This document shows positions 43,372-51,561 of a DNA stretch of 64,000 nucleotides, in pieces. This DNA is from an uncultured virus (IMG/VR IMGVR_UViG_2687453376_000003) (lineage: Duplodnaviria; Heunggongvirae; Uroviricota; Caudoviricetes), in the IMG/VR virus record IMGVR_UViG_2687453376_000003; one strand, 5' to 3'. Made by a program: the position numbers and the translations under genes. How positions within the stretch are numbered: position 1 is the first letter of the stretch; each line of letters opens with the position of its first letter. The notes below the pieces were generated by a model. It was not told the origin of the DNA. It saw only the letters and a list, made by a program, of their open reading frames with translations, and searched no databases.

Positions 43372-44201
43372 TGGCTAACTCATTCAAGCAAATGATTAAA
43401 AATGGCACTATCAAGCGCCGCGACAGCGGGATGTTCATCAATATGGATGATATCCACGTTAAAGAGGGTTTTAACAGACGCATTGAGAATGAGCGCAAGC
43501 ACAAGGCAGACGAGAAACTATTTCAGTTCCTGATGGCAGGAGGAACTGTACCACCTCTCGAAGTATATCCGCGTGATGAGGGCGGCGTATGGGTCGTCGA
43601 GGGTCACCGCCGTATGAATGCTTACCTACGCATCCGTGACGCGGGAAAACCAATCAGCGTGATCGCCATCACCCCATTCATTGGAAATGACGTAAAACGG
43701 TCAGCGCGAATCATTAATAGCAACAATGGCTCTGGCCAGCTCAAACTGAATCAGTACGAGGAAAGCCTCGTAGTGAAAGATCTGGCCGCCTTAAATCTGA
43801 AGCCTGATGAGATCGCCGCCGAGATCAACAGAAGCCGAACTCATGTCGATAAGCTGCTGTTCCTATGCTCAGCAAATCGCGATGTGCAGACTCTGGTCGA
43901 GTCTGGAGAAGTAGCTATGGACGTAGCTATTGAGCGCATCAAAGAACACGGGGAACGCGCCGGGGATGTACTGCAGGAGGACGTGAAGCGGGCGAAAGCC
44001 CAGGGGAAAAAGAAGGTCACGCGCAGCGTCACCGGCAGTCTGTTTAGCGCGACAAAATCGCGCCAGCTGGTTGAGCTGCTCAGCGATGCAGAGATCGATG
44101 GAGATGGACGCACCCTGGTCCTACGAGAAGGTATCGGAGAGGAAGTAATGCGGATTATCAACGAATACTCGCACTCTCCAGATAAAGGAGGAGCAAAATG
44201 A
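43371..44201 (+). CDS. ParB/Srx-like domain DNA-binding protein
   Basis: IHVKEGFNRR, VPPLEV, VVEGHRR, downstream HTH. Confidence 0.82.
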   Translation: MANSFKQMIKNGTIKRRDSGMFINMDDIHVKEGFNRRIENERKHKADEKLFQFLMAGGTVPPLEVYPRDEGGVWVVEGHRRMNAYLRIRDAGKPISVIAITPFIGNDVKRSARIINSNNGSGQLKLNQYEESLVVKDLAALNLKPDEIAAEINRSRTHVDKLLFLCSANRDVQTLVESGEVAMDVAIERIKEHGERAGDVLQEDVKRAKAQGKKKVTRSVTGSLFSATKSRQLVELLSDAEIDGDGRTLVLREGIGEEVMRIINEYSHSPDKGGAK

Positions 44202-44455
44202 ATAACACTATTCAGACTAGTCAATACTCTTTGGATGAGGCCATCATCCCCGATAAGACAATAGAATTGCTGACCGGATATAAAATTCCATCCAAACAAT
44301 GCAAGACCCTACGTGAAGCTGGCATTTTCTTCATTATTCGGCGAGATGGCCGCCCACGAACTACCTGGGCGCACTTCAATAACCCACTGTCTCATCGTCA
44401 AAGAATGCAGGATACCAACCCAACTCCAGAGCCGGATTTTGGAGCGCTTGACTGA
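44198..44455 (+). CDS. DUF4224 putative excisionase
   Basis: LTGYK.PSKQC..L...GI.F..RRDGRP.TTW, EPDFGAL; coupled to the integrase gene. Confidence 0.85.
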   Translation: MNNTIQTSQYSLDEAIIPDKTIELLTGYKIPSKQCKTLREAGIFFIIRRDGRPRTTWAHFNNPLSHRQRMQDTNPTPEPDFGALD

Positions 44456-45465
44456 TGCCCAGGATAAGAAAAAACAAAGATGATGCCTGGATGCCGCCCC
44501 GGGTGTATATGGGGCGATCCGCCTATGAGTTTCATCCAATAAATGGTGGAAATATCCGCTTATGCGATAAAACGGCGACACAGGCCCAGGTATGGGCTGC
44601 ATGGGAAGCATTGATTAACGAGAGACCAGACACCACAACATTGGCCGGACTGGTTGATAGGTTTTTTAAATCTGGTGATTTCTTCGAACTGGCGGCAGAG
44701 ACCCAAAAAGACTACCGGAAATATTCACGTAAGGTTCTGGATGTCTTCGGCAAAATGCCCCCCGACAGCGTTAAACCCGAACATGTCCGCAAATACCTGG
44801 ATATGCGAGGGGTAAAGAGCCGGACGCAGGCAAACAGGGAGAAGGCATTCATGTCACGTGTTTATCGCTGGGCATACGAACGCGGCTATGCGAAGGGTAA
44901 CCCCACTAAGGGCGTCAAGCAGTTCAAGGAAACCGGGAGAGATCGCTATATCACCCACGAAGAGTACAACGCGCTATATAGCGTCGCTCCGGATGTTGTG
45001 CGTGTTGCGATGGAGCTGGCTTATCTCTGCTGCGCACGCCAGAACGACGTGCTGGAAATGAAAAAAAGCCAGCTTATTGCGGAAGGGATACTGATTAAGC
45101 AGAGCAAAACCGCCGTAGCGCAGATAAAAGCATGGTCCGAACGGCTCAATGCTGCCATTACGATGGCGAAGGCACTCCCCCTCAATGCCGGGATGAGCAG
45201 CCTCTACGTGATCCACCAGGCATCCGGGCATAAGTATACCCGCGACGGTTTTAACAGCCGCTGGAGAAAAGCGAAGGAAGAAGCAAAAGAGCGATACCCC
45301 AAGTTGGACTTTAACTTCACCTTTCACGATCTGAAGGCTAAGGGGATCTCTGACCTGAAGGGGAACATCTACGAGAAGCAGGCCATTTCTGGCCACAAGA
45401 ACGTGGAGCAAACCGCTCGTTATGACCGAAGGATCCCGATCGTTCCGACGGTGGATGGGCAGTGA
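44455..45465 (+). CDS. int: Tyrosine integrase of prophage 1
   Basis: CARQND (R), QSKT (K), FHDLKAK, SGH, ARY; ends next to att. Confidence 0.95.
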   Translation: MPRIRKNKDDAWMPPRVYMGRSAYEFHPINGGNIRLCDKTATQAQVWAAWEALINERPDTTTLAGLVDRFFKSGDFFELAAETQKDYRKYSRKVLDVFGKMPPDSVKPEHVRKYLDMRGVKSRTQANREKAFMSRVYRWAYERGYAKGNPTKGVKQFKETGRDRYITHEEYNALYSVAPDVVRVAMELAYLCCARQNDVLEMKKSQLIAEGILIKQSKTAVAQIKAWSERLNAAITMAKALPLNAGMSSLYVIHQASGHKYTRDGFNSRWRKAKEEAKERYPKLDFNFTFHDLKAKGISDLKGNIYEKQAISGHKNVEQTARYDRRIPIVPTVDGQ

Positions 45466-45511
45466 TGGGAAGGATAATATTATGAAAACATATTATGAAA
45501 GGGGGATGAAA

Positions 45512-45636
45512 ACACAAAAAAACCACCTTGCGGTGGCTTAATAACAAAACATATCGTTTTGATTTTTATACCATTTTGTCATGGTGCCCGGAGCGGGACT
45601 TGAACCCGCACAGCGCGAACGCCGAGGGATTTTAAA
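45512..45636. repeat. att site, right copy of the 125-bp repeat; junction with element 2
   Basis: Identical to 329-453. Confidence 0.95.
45582..45636 (-). pseudogene. leuZ: Second 3' half of tRNA-Leu(UAA), truncated at the anticodon loop
   Basis: Match to tRNA-Leu stops at TTTTAAA and continues AACTAAACC instead of TCCCTTGTG. Confidence 0.9.
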
Positions 45637-45719
45637 AACTAAACCAGCCTTTTAAAAATCATAATCATATGATTTTTAAAACCTTTAACTGACGCAAAAC
45701 AGTGTAAATCGATTCTTTA

Positions 45720-46757
45720 TTAAATTCTGCTGCCATTTCTACTACCGCTTTTTTTCAAACTTTTTAAGTTATCAAATGGGTTCAAAGCTAACGCCGCATC
45801 CAAGTGATCGGGAGCAAAGTGTGCATAGCGCATTGTCATCGTAATCGTGCTATGGCCCAATATCTGCTGCAGTACCAGAATATTGCCGCCCTGCATCATA
45901 AAATGGCTGGCAAAGGTGTGGCGCAATACGTGGGTACGCTGTCCTTTCGGCAGGTGAAGCCCTGCCCGCGCCAGTGCGGCTTTGAAAGCTTCATAGCAGG
46001 GGATAAACAACCTTCCTTGCTTTGTAGGCAGCAGGGCCTGCAATTGTTCGGAAATTGGTACAGTGCGATTCTTTTTGCTCTTGGTATGGGTAAAGGTCAA
46101 TCGTCCAGGTAACACCTGCGATTGGCGCAACGACTGCGCCTCGCTCCAGCGCGCTCCGGTAGCCAGACATACCCGCACGATAACCCCCAAATCAGTCTTA
46201 CTCGATACATCGCAGGCAGCCAGCAAGTGCGTAATCTCATCGGCATATAAAAAAGCCAGCTCTTGATCCCCTTCGCGAAACTGGCGAATGCCATCGAGAG
46301 GATTACCCCCCTCCCACTCACCGAGCCTGCGCAGTTCAGCAAATACCGCATGCAGATAAGCCTGTTCACGGTTAACCGTGGCCTCCTGCAGGCGCTTTTT
46401 CCCCTTGGGATTCCACTCTCCGTTCAGCCGCCGCTCCCGATAACGGGCAAACATACCCTTATCAAAATCACCGGCCAATGGATCGCCAAGCCGCCGACAA
46501 ATTGCATCCAATTTTCCCTTACGCCCAGCGCCTGATGACAGCATCCTTCCATGTAACTCATACCAACGCAGAATCAAATCCGATAGATGAGTAGCTGACT
46601 CACCCATATCTAAACTTACTCCTTGCGGATTCATCCTACGCTCAAAAGCAAGGGCCTCTCCCCTGGTCGTAAATTGCCGGCGGATACGCTGGCCATCCCG
46701 CCCATAAGGGAAACATTGGCAAAGCCATTTTCCTGACGCCAATCTGCGGATTGTCAT
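45720..46757 (-). CDS. int: P2/HP1/186-family tyrosine integrase
   Basis: MTIRRLASGKW, TGARWSEA, TKSKKNR, HVLRHTFASHFMM, LGH, MRYAH. Confidence 0.95.
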   Translation of the reverse strand: MTIRRLASGKWLCQCFPYGRDGQRIRRQFTTRGEALAFERRMNPQGVSLDMGESATHLSDLILRWYELHGRMLSSGAGRKGKLDAICRRLGDPLAGDFDKGMFARYRERRLNGEWNPKGKKRLQEATVNREQAYLHAVFAELRRLGEWEGGNPLDGIRQFREGDQELAFLYADEITHLLAACDVSSKTDLGVIVRVCLATGARWSEAQSLRQSQVLPGRLTFTHTKSKKNRTVPISEQLQALLPTKQGRLFIPCYEAFKAALARAGLHLPKGQRTHVLRHTFASHFMMQGGNILVLQQILGHSTITMTMRYAHFAPDHLDAALALNPFDNLKSLKKSGSRNGSRI

Positions 46758-46794
46758 ATGCCACCACGCTTCGAAAGTCCGTTTCTGAAAACCA

Positions 46795-47388
46795 TTACCA
46801 CCATAGCCCCAGCAGAACACCCACGATAAACAGCACGCTGCACAGCAACGAGGCTCGATAGCGCTGCCTGAAAGGCGACGCTAACGCAGGTATATCGTCA
46901 CCAGCTTCCTCCTCCAGCCAAGCCAGCGCCTGGCGCAACTGGCTGCGGTTAAGTTCATGCAGATAGCTCGAACCAAACTGAATATGGCAATAGCGTTGCA
47001 GCTGCCGGCGTCGGATCGGTGTTGTCGCCCTCATCTGCAATAATCGAATAAGTGCCTTATCTGCACTCTTATCTCTGGCTCGCTTCAGCAATATTTGCAA
47101 GTAACCCCGCGCTGCCGGGTAATGACTTACCGTCAGCTCATCCACCCCATTAACACCCAGCTCAGCATAAACTTTTTGCCAGACGGTCATCCCCATGTCA
47201 TAGCCACAGTCTGTAATCTGCTGCACCAGCTGGTTCAGGCGCATACGCTGAGCGGGTACCAGTGGACGCAGATCTGACTGTGGCGCAGACAGAGTAATGT
47301 TGACCCAATAACGGCCGATATAGACGCTGCGCTCATAAAAATCGCGCCCCCCCACCCGATTGCGCCGCCCTCTTGCCTCCGTGACCAT
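46795..47388 (-). CDS. Hypothetical protein with C-terminal membrane anchor and N-terminal GRD motif
   Basis: GGAG RBS; two similar helical modules (ELGVNGVDELT / QFGSSYLHELN); hydrophobic C-terminus LLCSVLFIVGVLLGLWW. Confidence 0.72.
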   Translation of the reverse strand: MVTEARGRRNRVGGRDFYERSVYIGRYWVNITLSAPQSDLRPLVPAQRMRLNQLVQQITDCGYDMGMTVWQKVYAELGVNGVDELTVSHYPAARGYLQILLKRARDKSADKALIRLLQMRATTPIRRRQLQRYCHIQFGSSYLHELNRSQLRQALAWLEEEAGDDIPALASPFRQRYRASLLCSVLFIVGVLLGLWW

Positions 47389-47889
47389 AGCGTTCTCCAG
47401 ACTTATTGCTCATTTACTAAAATCGGAATACACAACAGGAATACATGGCTACTGCAGCAGTGTCACAAATAAAAACATGACACAAGCAATAAAGTGACTC
47501 TTACACCATTTTTAGCATAATTAAGTAGAGTGCCATACTTTATGATGAATAATGCTCATCTAGCCACAGGCAATATAAATAAAGCATAAAAATGAAATCG
47601 ACATTTTATATATCCAATGAAAATACTATTAGGTGCGGAATCATGGATATCTGCATAGGGAAGCATAGCCCAACGAAAAGCAAACCAAAAACACTCCTAT
47701 CATTATTTGAATCATTAGACAAATCATTATTAAATCAATTGGTTATCCAATCTAATAATTTGCCATCAAAAATCTTCTTGAATAACAACGCAAATATCTT
47801 ATATAAAACACAAACTTCATTTATCATTATTCCATTACATAAACCATATATTTAAATAATTTGCATGAGATATAAACAAGGATGTAATT

Positions 47890-48963
47890 ATGACGACAGA
47901 AAGAAACTATACCAGCCTAAATTTGGACAGAAACCTGATAACATCTGTCATTGACCGTTTTGTAACGGAGAACACTCTGGCAATCAGAGAACAAGGCAAC
48001 CGCCCAGGAGGGGAAGGAACACGCATTGTCATAGGGCGCGTAGGCATAGAAGATGCAACCGTTGATATCTACTTTAATCGGGATGGGACATCAACATTAC
48101 AATGGAAAATGGGAAAGAATAGGGAGTTAGGACTTGCGCTATCAGATGCGTTGTATGACACAATAAATCCAGATGAGTTTCAGTCAGTGAATATGACCAT
48201 CATCGGTGTAGCGCGAAATGATATTCAATCCATCATTGAGCTTATCCCCACCGATGACAATTTGATCTTTGAGGTAGCTGAAGAACCCATAGCAGCCGGT
48301 ATCCGTTGGCGGATCCGTTGTCAAAACCACGGAGACACATTGACAGTCACCCATTACACTTCGCGAAAACTACAGATCCAGGGCCGGCCCTTATCCAGCT
48401 ACAGAAAACTGGTCTACCTGCTCACTGACATTCTCGATCTGGTTGGGCTAGAAATGGTATTAAGCCGACAAGACGAGAGTGTTACAGAGATCGTCCGACA
48501 AGATGTCGCCGCCGAATTCCTGAAAAAAATGCTGCCTAACTCCTACGGTAACCTGCCCGACATCACCCGGAAATTGCTGGTATCTGGTCAGTGTGTTAAA
48601 CTCGCTGGCCCTGCATTGCCAGAGTACTCTATGCTGTTGTTTCCAGAGTTGCGCTCTTTGGAAGGAGCACTGAAGGCAAAGCTGGCTGAATGCGGATTTG
48701 ATTCAAATCAACATGATTTTGGCTACTTCTTTGAGCGGCAAGCGGATAGAAGCTTCCAGTTAAAAGCCTCTTTTAACGGACATATCACGGAGATTCAGCT
48801 AAGATCAACGCTGAGCGACGCGTACACGTTCTTCCATAAGCACCGTCATGGCTTGTTCCACATGGATAGCTTTGCGGAGAGTAGCCGTAAAATCACAGGG
48901 TTACAACAGTTGCTCAGTCTCTCAGAGACAGCTTACGAACACATAGACAAGCTATATCAATAA
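47890..48963 (+). CDS. rnlA: RnlA/LsoA family HEPN endoribonuclease toxin
   Basis: KLQIQGRP, EYSMLLFPELRSLEG, HEPN motif RHGLFH. Confidence 0.92.
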   Translation: MTTERNYTSLNLDRNLITSVIDRFVTENTLAIREQGNRPGGEGTRIVIGRVGIEDATVDIYFNRDGTSTLQWKMGKNRELGLALSDALYDTINPDEFQSVNMTIIGVARNDIQSIIELIPTDDNLIFEVAEEPIAAGIRWRIRCQNHGDTLTVTHYTSRKLQIQGRPLSSYRKLVYLLTDILDLVGLEMVLSRQDESVTEIVRQDVAAEFLKKMLPNSYGNLPDITRKLLVSGQCVKLAGPALPEYSMLLFPELRSLEGALKAKLAECGFDSNQHDFGYFFERQADRSFQLKASFNGHITEIQLRSTLSDAYTFFHKHRHGLFHMDSFAESSRKITGLQQLLSLSETAYEHIDKLYQ

Positions 48964-48964
48964 A

Positions 48965-49321
48965 ATGTTTAAATTCAGAGCGGGATCTGACATGACCTAC
49001 CCCATGCTTGTCGTAGCAACCAGCTACGAGAGCCCTTTGTCATATCTGGGCTCCATTGCCCAACATCTCAGGGACGAAGCATTTGAAGGTAGCGTTCTGT
49101 TCGACTTGCTCTGTACCAACGGATTAGAGGACAACCGCTTCGTTGCCCTGTACTTTGATGGCATGGACTTTGTCCGCAAAACCTTCCGTCTGGTTGATAA
49201 AGCCGACTTATCACCCGATCTTCTGCATACGCAGGATAAATTCTTTGCCGAGCATCCAGCTATTCTGCAAATGTCAGTCCTGACCCAGAATGAAGTGCAG
49301 GCCTTTACCGCCAGACATTGA
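48965..49321 (+). CDS. rnlB: RnlB/LsoB family antitoxin
   Basis: ATSYESPL, VLFDLLCTNG..NRF; directly after the toxin gene. Confidence 0.9.
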   Translation: MFKFRAGSDMTYPMLVVATSYESPLSYLGSIAQHLRDEAFEGSVLFDLLCTNGLEDNRFVALYFDGMDFVRKTFRLVDKADLSPDLLHTQDKFFAEHPAILQMSVLTQNEVQAFTARH

Positions 49322-49361
49322 TCCCGGGAACCGGAGCCATCCGGTTCTTGCCCCGCTGTTT

Positions 49362-49775
49362 TCAGTCCTTATGCTCATGGTAGTCACGGCCTGCGATACG
49401 CTGATCGCTGCCCCCGCTCACGATGACTGAGCTGGCCGCTGCACTGCCAGCTGCCAGGGCAGCAAGAGCCGCCGCCTTTACCGCTGGCGGTGCCGCACGA
49501 TAAAGTTTGATGAACTCCAATTCATCGGTACTAACATCTCCTATATCCGGCGTTCTACGTCCGGTTAAAACATACAAAATATCTATTCCATGCTTAGAAA
49601 GAATTGATAGATATAGCCCCCCAGGCATGTTATCGCCACGTTCATACCCTGCTTGGCCACTGCGCGAATGACCTGCCAATTTTGCAAACTCAGTCTGACT
49701 CAAGCCAAAGCGCTCTCGCTCTTCACGTAATCTAGCTCCCACAATGGCAAAAAAATGATCATTTTCATTTGACAT
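49362..49775 (-). CDS. XRE-family immunity repressor of element 2 (no peptidase domain)
   Basis: GARLREERERFGLSQ.EFA, YERG...P, GIDILYVLTG; divergent from cox. Confidence 0.88.
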   Translation of the reverse strand: MSNENDHFFAIVGARLREERERFGLSQTEFAKLAGHSRSGQAGYERGDNMPGGLYLSILSKHGIDILYVLTGRRTPDIGDVSTDELEFIKLYRAAPPAVKAAALAALAAGSAAASSVIVSGGSDQRIAGRDYHEHKD

Positions 49776-49835
49776 GATTAGTATACCGATCAAGGATAAC
49801 ATCCAAAGACATCCAACTAGGGACACTATACCACT

Positions 49836-50027
49836 ATGGAACAGACCAACCAGCCACCCCGCTCACGGCAGCAAAAGGGCATTGGATCCGGTGGACGTAT
49901 TGCCATGTACCTCAGCGACGCAGAACGCCGCCACTTAAACCAGCTGGCAGAGCAGGAGTGCCGCTCAGCCGCCAGTATGGCAAGGCTGATCTACCTACGG
50001 GGGCTACAGGCCGTTACCGAAAGCTAA
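49836..50027 (+). CDS. Small ribbon-helix-helix-like regulator
   Basis: RIAMYLS..E...L..LA..E.RS.ASMARLIY..GL. Confidence 0.7.
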   Translation: MEQTNQPPRSRQQKGIGSGGRIAMYLSDAERRHLNQLAEQECRSAASMARLIYLRGLQAVTES

Positions 50028-50039
50028 AGGAGCACAACG

Positions 50040-50249
50040 ATGGGGAACATCACTATTCACGTCACCGTCAATGCGCCATACGTCTCGATCAATGAATATG
50101 CGCGCCTTTCCGGTATTCCTGTTGCCACCTGCCGAGGCATGGTGGCCGATGGCCGTATCATCATTCGCCCCAAGAACGTGGCGCAGGAAAAAATCGAGGT
50201 CAATATGATTGCGATGCTGAAAGACGCCATCGCTAATAGCGGCCCGTAG
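50040..50249 (+). CDS. Cox/Apl-like regulator and excisionase
   Basis: AGGAG RBS; PYVSINEYARLSGIP..T.R.MV..GR.IIRPK...EVNM. Confidence 0.85.
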   Translation: MGNITIHVTVNAPYVSINEYARLSGIPVATCRGMVADGRIIIRPKNVAQEKIEVNMIAMLKDAIANSGP

Positions 50250-50318
50250 GCAATCAACCACTACAGTCAACAAATAACCCAGCCACCACCATTACTCACC
50301 ACTGCGGAGCCGTAATAA

Positions 50319-50426
50319 ATGAACATAATCAGAGCTGCCGCCGTCTTGGTGTTTGGCGTGCTGCTGCTGATCTCAGCATGCGCCAGTATTTTCTTTTTAT
50401 TGCTCTGTATCAGCAGCATGCAATAG
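50319..50426 (+). CDS. 35-aa hydrophobic peptide
   Basis: Not in ORF track; GGAG upstream; MNIIRAAAVLVFGVLLLISACASIFFLLLCISSMQ*. Confidence 0.4.
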   Translation: MNIIRAAAVLVFGVLLLISACASIFFLLLCISSMQ

Positions 50427-50481
50427 GCATATTGCAGCGCCATTTTCCCTATCAGCAACGACCCTTGGAGGAAACACCGGC

Positions 50482-50724
50482 ATGCAGTTGATAATTCCAC
50501 CTCTGTATCGCGGCGGTGAACTAGAACGCCAGGCTCGGGCAGCATTCAATCGAGTATTAACCGGCGATGACAGCCACATTCGCCGCCTTGAAGTATTACC
50601 CCGGGCCAGGGTGATTAATATCACCGACCGTTATCGGCTGTTCAGCCTAGATGAAGGAAATACATGGAAGCTGCTTAAACACCAACAATACACCAGGAAT
50701 ATACGCAAATGGCGCACACATTAA
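50482..50724 (+). CDS. Small ParE/RelE-like fold protein
   Basis: GGAGG RBS; VINITDRYRLFS.D.G.TW.LLKHQQY pattern. Confidence 0.55.
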   Translation: MQLIIPPLYRGGELERQARAAFNRVLTGDDSHIRRLEVLPRARVINITDRYRLFSLDEGNTWKLLKHQQYTRNIRKWRTH

Positions 50725-51245
50725 TTTTCAGTGAGGTACTAAAAAACGCCATTCTTGATGGCTGCAAAACCGTGACACGTCGCCCGATAAAATCTGCCTG
50801 TACCCGATCTGTCATTAAATCAGATCAGTGGTACTGGGAGACGGCCTTTAAGACCATGACCACCCTTCCTCTGCCGGAGAGTGACTGTGAGTTGGTTATC
50901 GCCGCCAACACCCCCGTTCTCATTAAAGCCTCGCGGGCGTTTATGATTTCACAGTGCCCTCATGGGAACGCAGGCGATCTCATTGAGCTGGCGACACGCC
51001 ACGCCGACCAATCCGTGACCCCATTCGCCCGTGCTGAACTAAAAACCATCGCCATCGAACTTCTCCATGACATCACCGACCAAGCCGCCATCGCCGAGGG
51101 TATGCCTCCGGACACTCCCCGGGAACATTTCCGCTGTATCTGGGATGGTTTCTACCATTACACCCCCTACAGCTGGCGCTGGAACCCGGCAGTTTGGGTA
51201 TTGCAGTTTGCACCGACCGAAATCTTAGCGGAGGCACACCGATGA
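50709..51245 (+). CDS. ASCH-like phage protein
   Basis: AILDG.KTVTRRPIK, LHDITDQAAIAEG, W..NPAVWVLQF. Confidence 0.8.
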   Translation: MAHTLIFSEVLKNAILDGCKTVTRRPIKSACTRSVIKSDQWYWETAFKTMTTLPLPESDCELVIAANTPVLIKASRAFMISQCPHGNAGDLIELATRHADQSVTPFARAELKTIAIELLHDITDQAAIAEGMPPDTPREHFRCIWDGFYHYTPYSWRWNPAVWVLQFAPTEILAEAHR

Positions 51246-51547
51246 AACGCCTATGGACAAAACAGGAGGAGCGACAGCTGGAGCAGGGGATCGCCGATGG
51301 CCAGAGCCTCAAAGCGATCGCCGAACAGCTGGGCCGCACCTATGCCTCCGTGAGCCAAAAGACCTACGTCATGGGGTTGCCACGCCGCGCCTTTTATATC
51401 GACCAATGGGATATCAATATGGCCCATGCCCTACGCGCCGAGGGGCTGACTCATCCAGCCATCGCCGAAAAGCTCGAGCTCAGGACTCGCACGATTGATT
51501 ACATCATCTACCACAAAAAACCAGATACCAACCATGCAGCCATGTAA
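51242..51547 (+). CDS. Double-HTH DNA-binding protein
   Basis: WTKQEE..L......G.S...IA..LGRT..SV; second HTH at the C-terminus. Confidence 0.7.
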   Translation: MKRLWTKQEERQLEQGIADGQSLKAIAEQLGRTYASVSQKTYVMGLPRRAFYIDQWDINMAHALRAEGLTHPAIAEKLELRTRTIDYIIYHKKPDTNHAAM

Positions 51548-51561
51548 CGCATCAACCCGCG

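Larger units (their letters stand above)
329..45636. mobile_element. Lambdoid prophage with lambda-like head and Mu-like contractile tail, integrated at tRNA-Leu
   Basis: Flanking 125-bp repeat; ordered int-xis, early, immunity, replication, Q, lysis, cos, head and tail modules. Confidence 0.95.

Noticed and set aside
39800..44200. Red/RecET recombination genes in the pL operon
   Set aside because: No bet/exo/recT/erf-like ORF recognised.
47592..47855. 87-aa ORF upstream of rnlA
   Set aside because: Very AT-rich, no RBS or motif; more likely promoter DNA.
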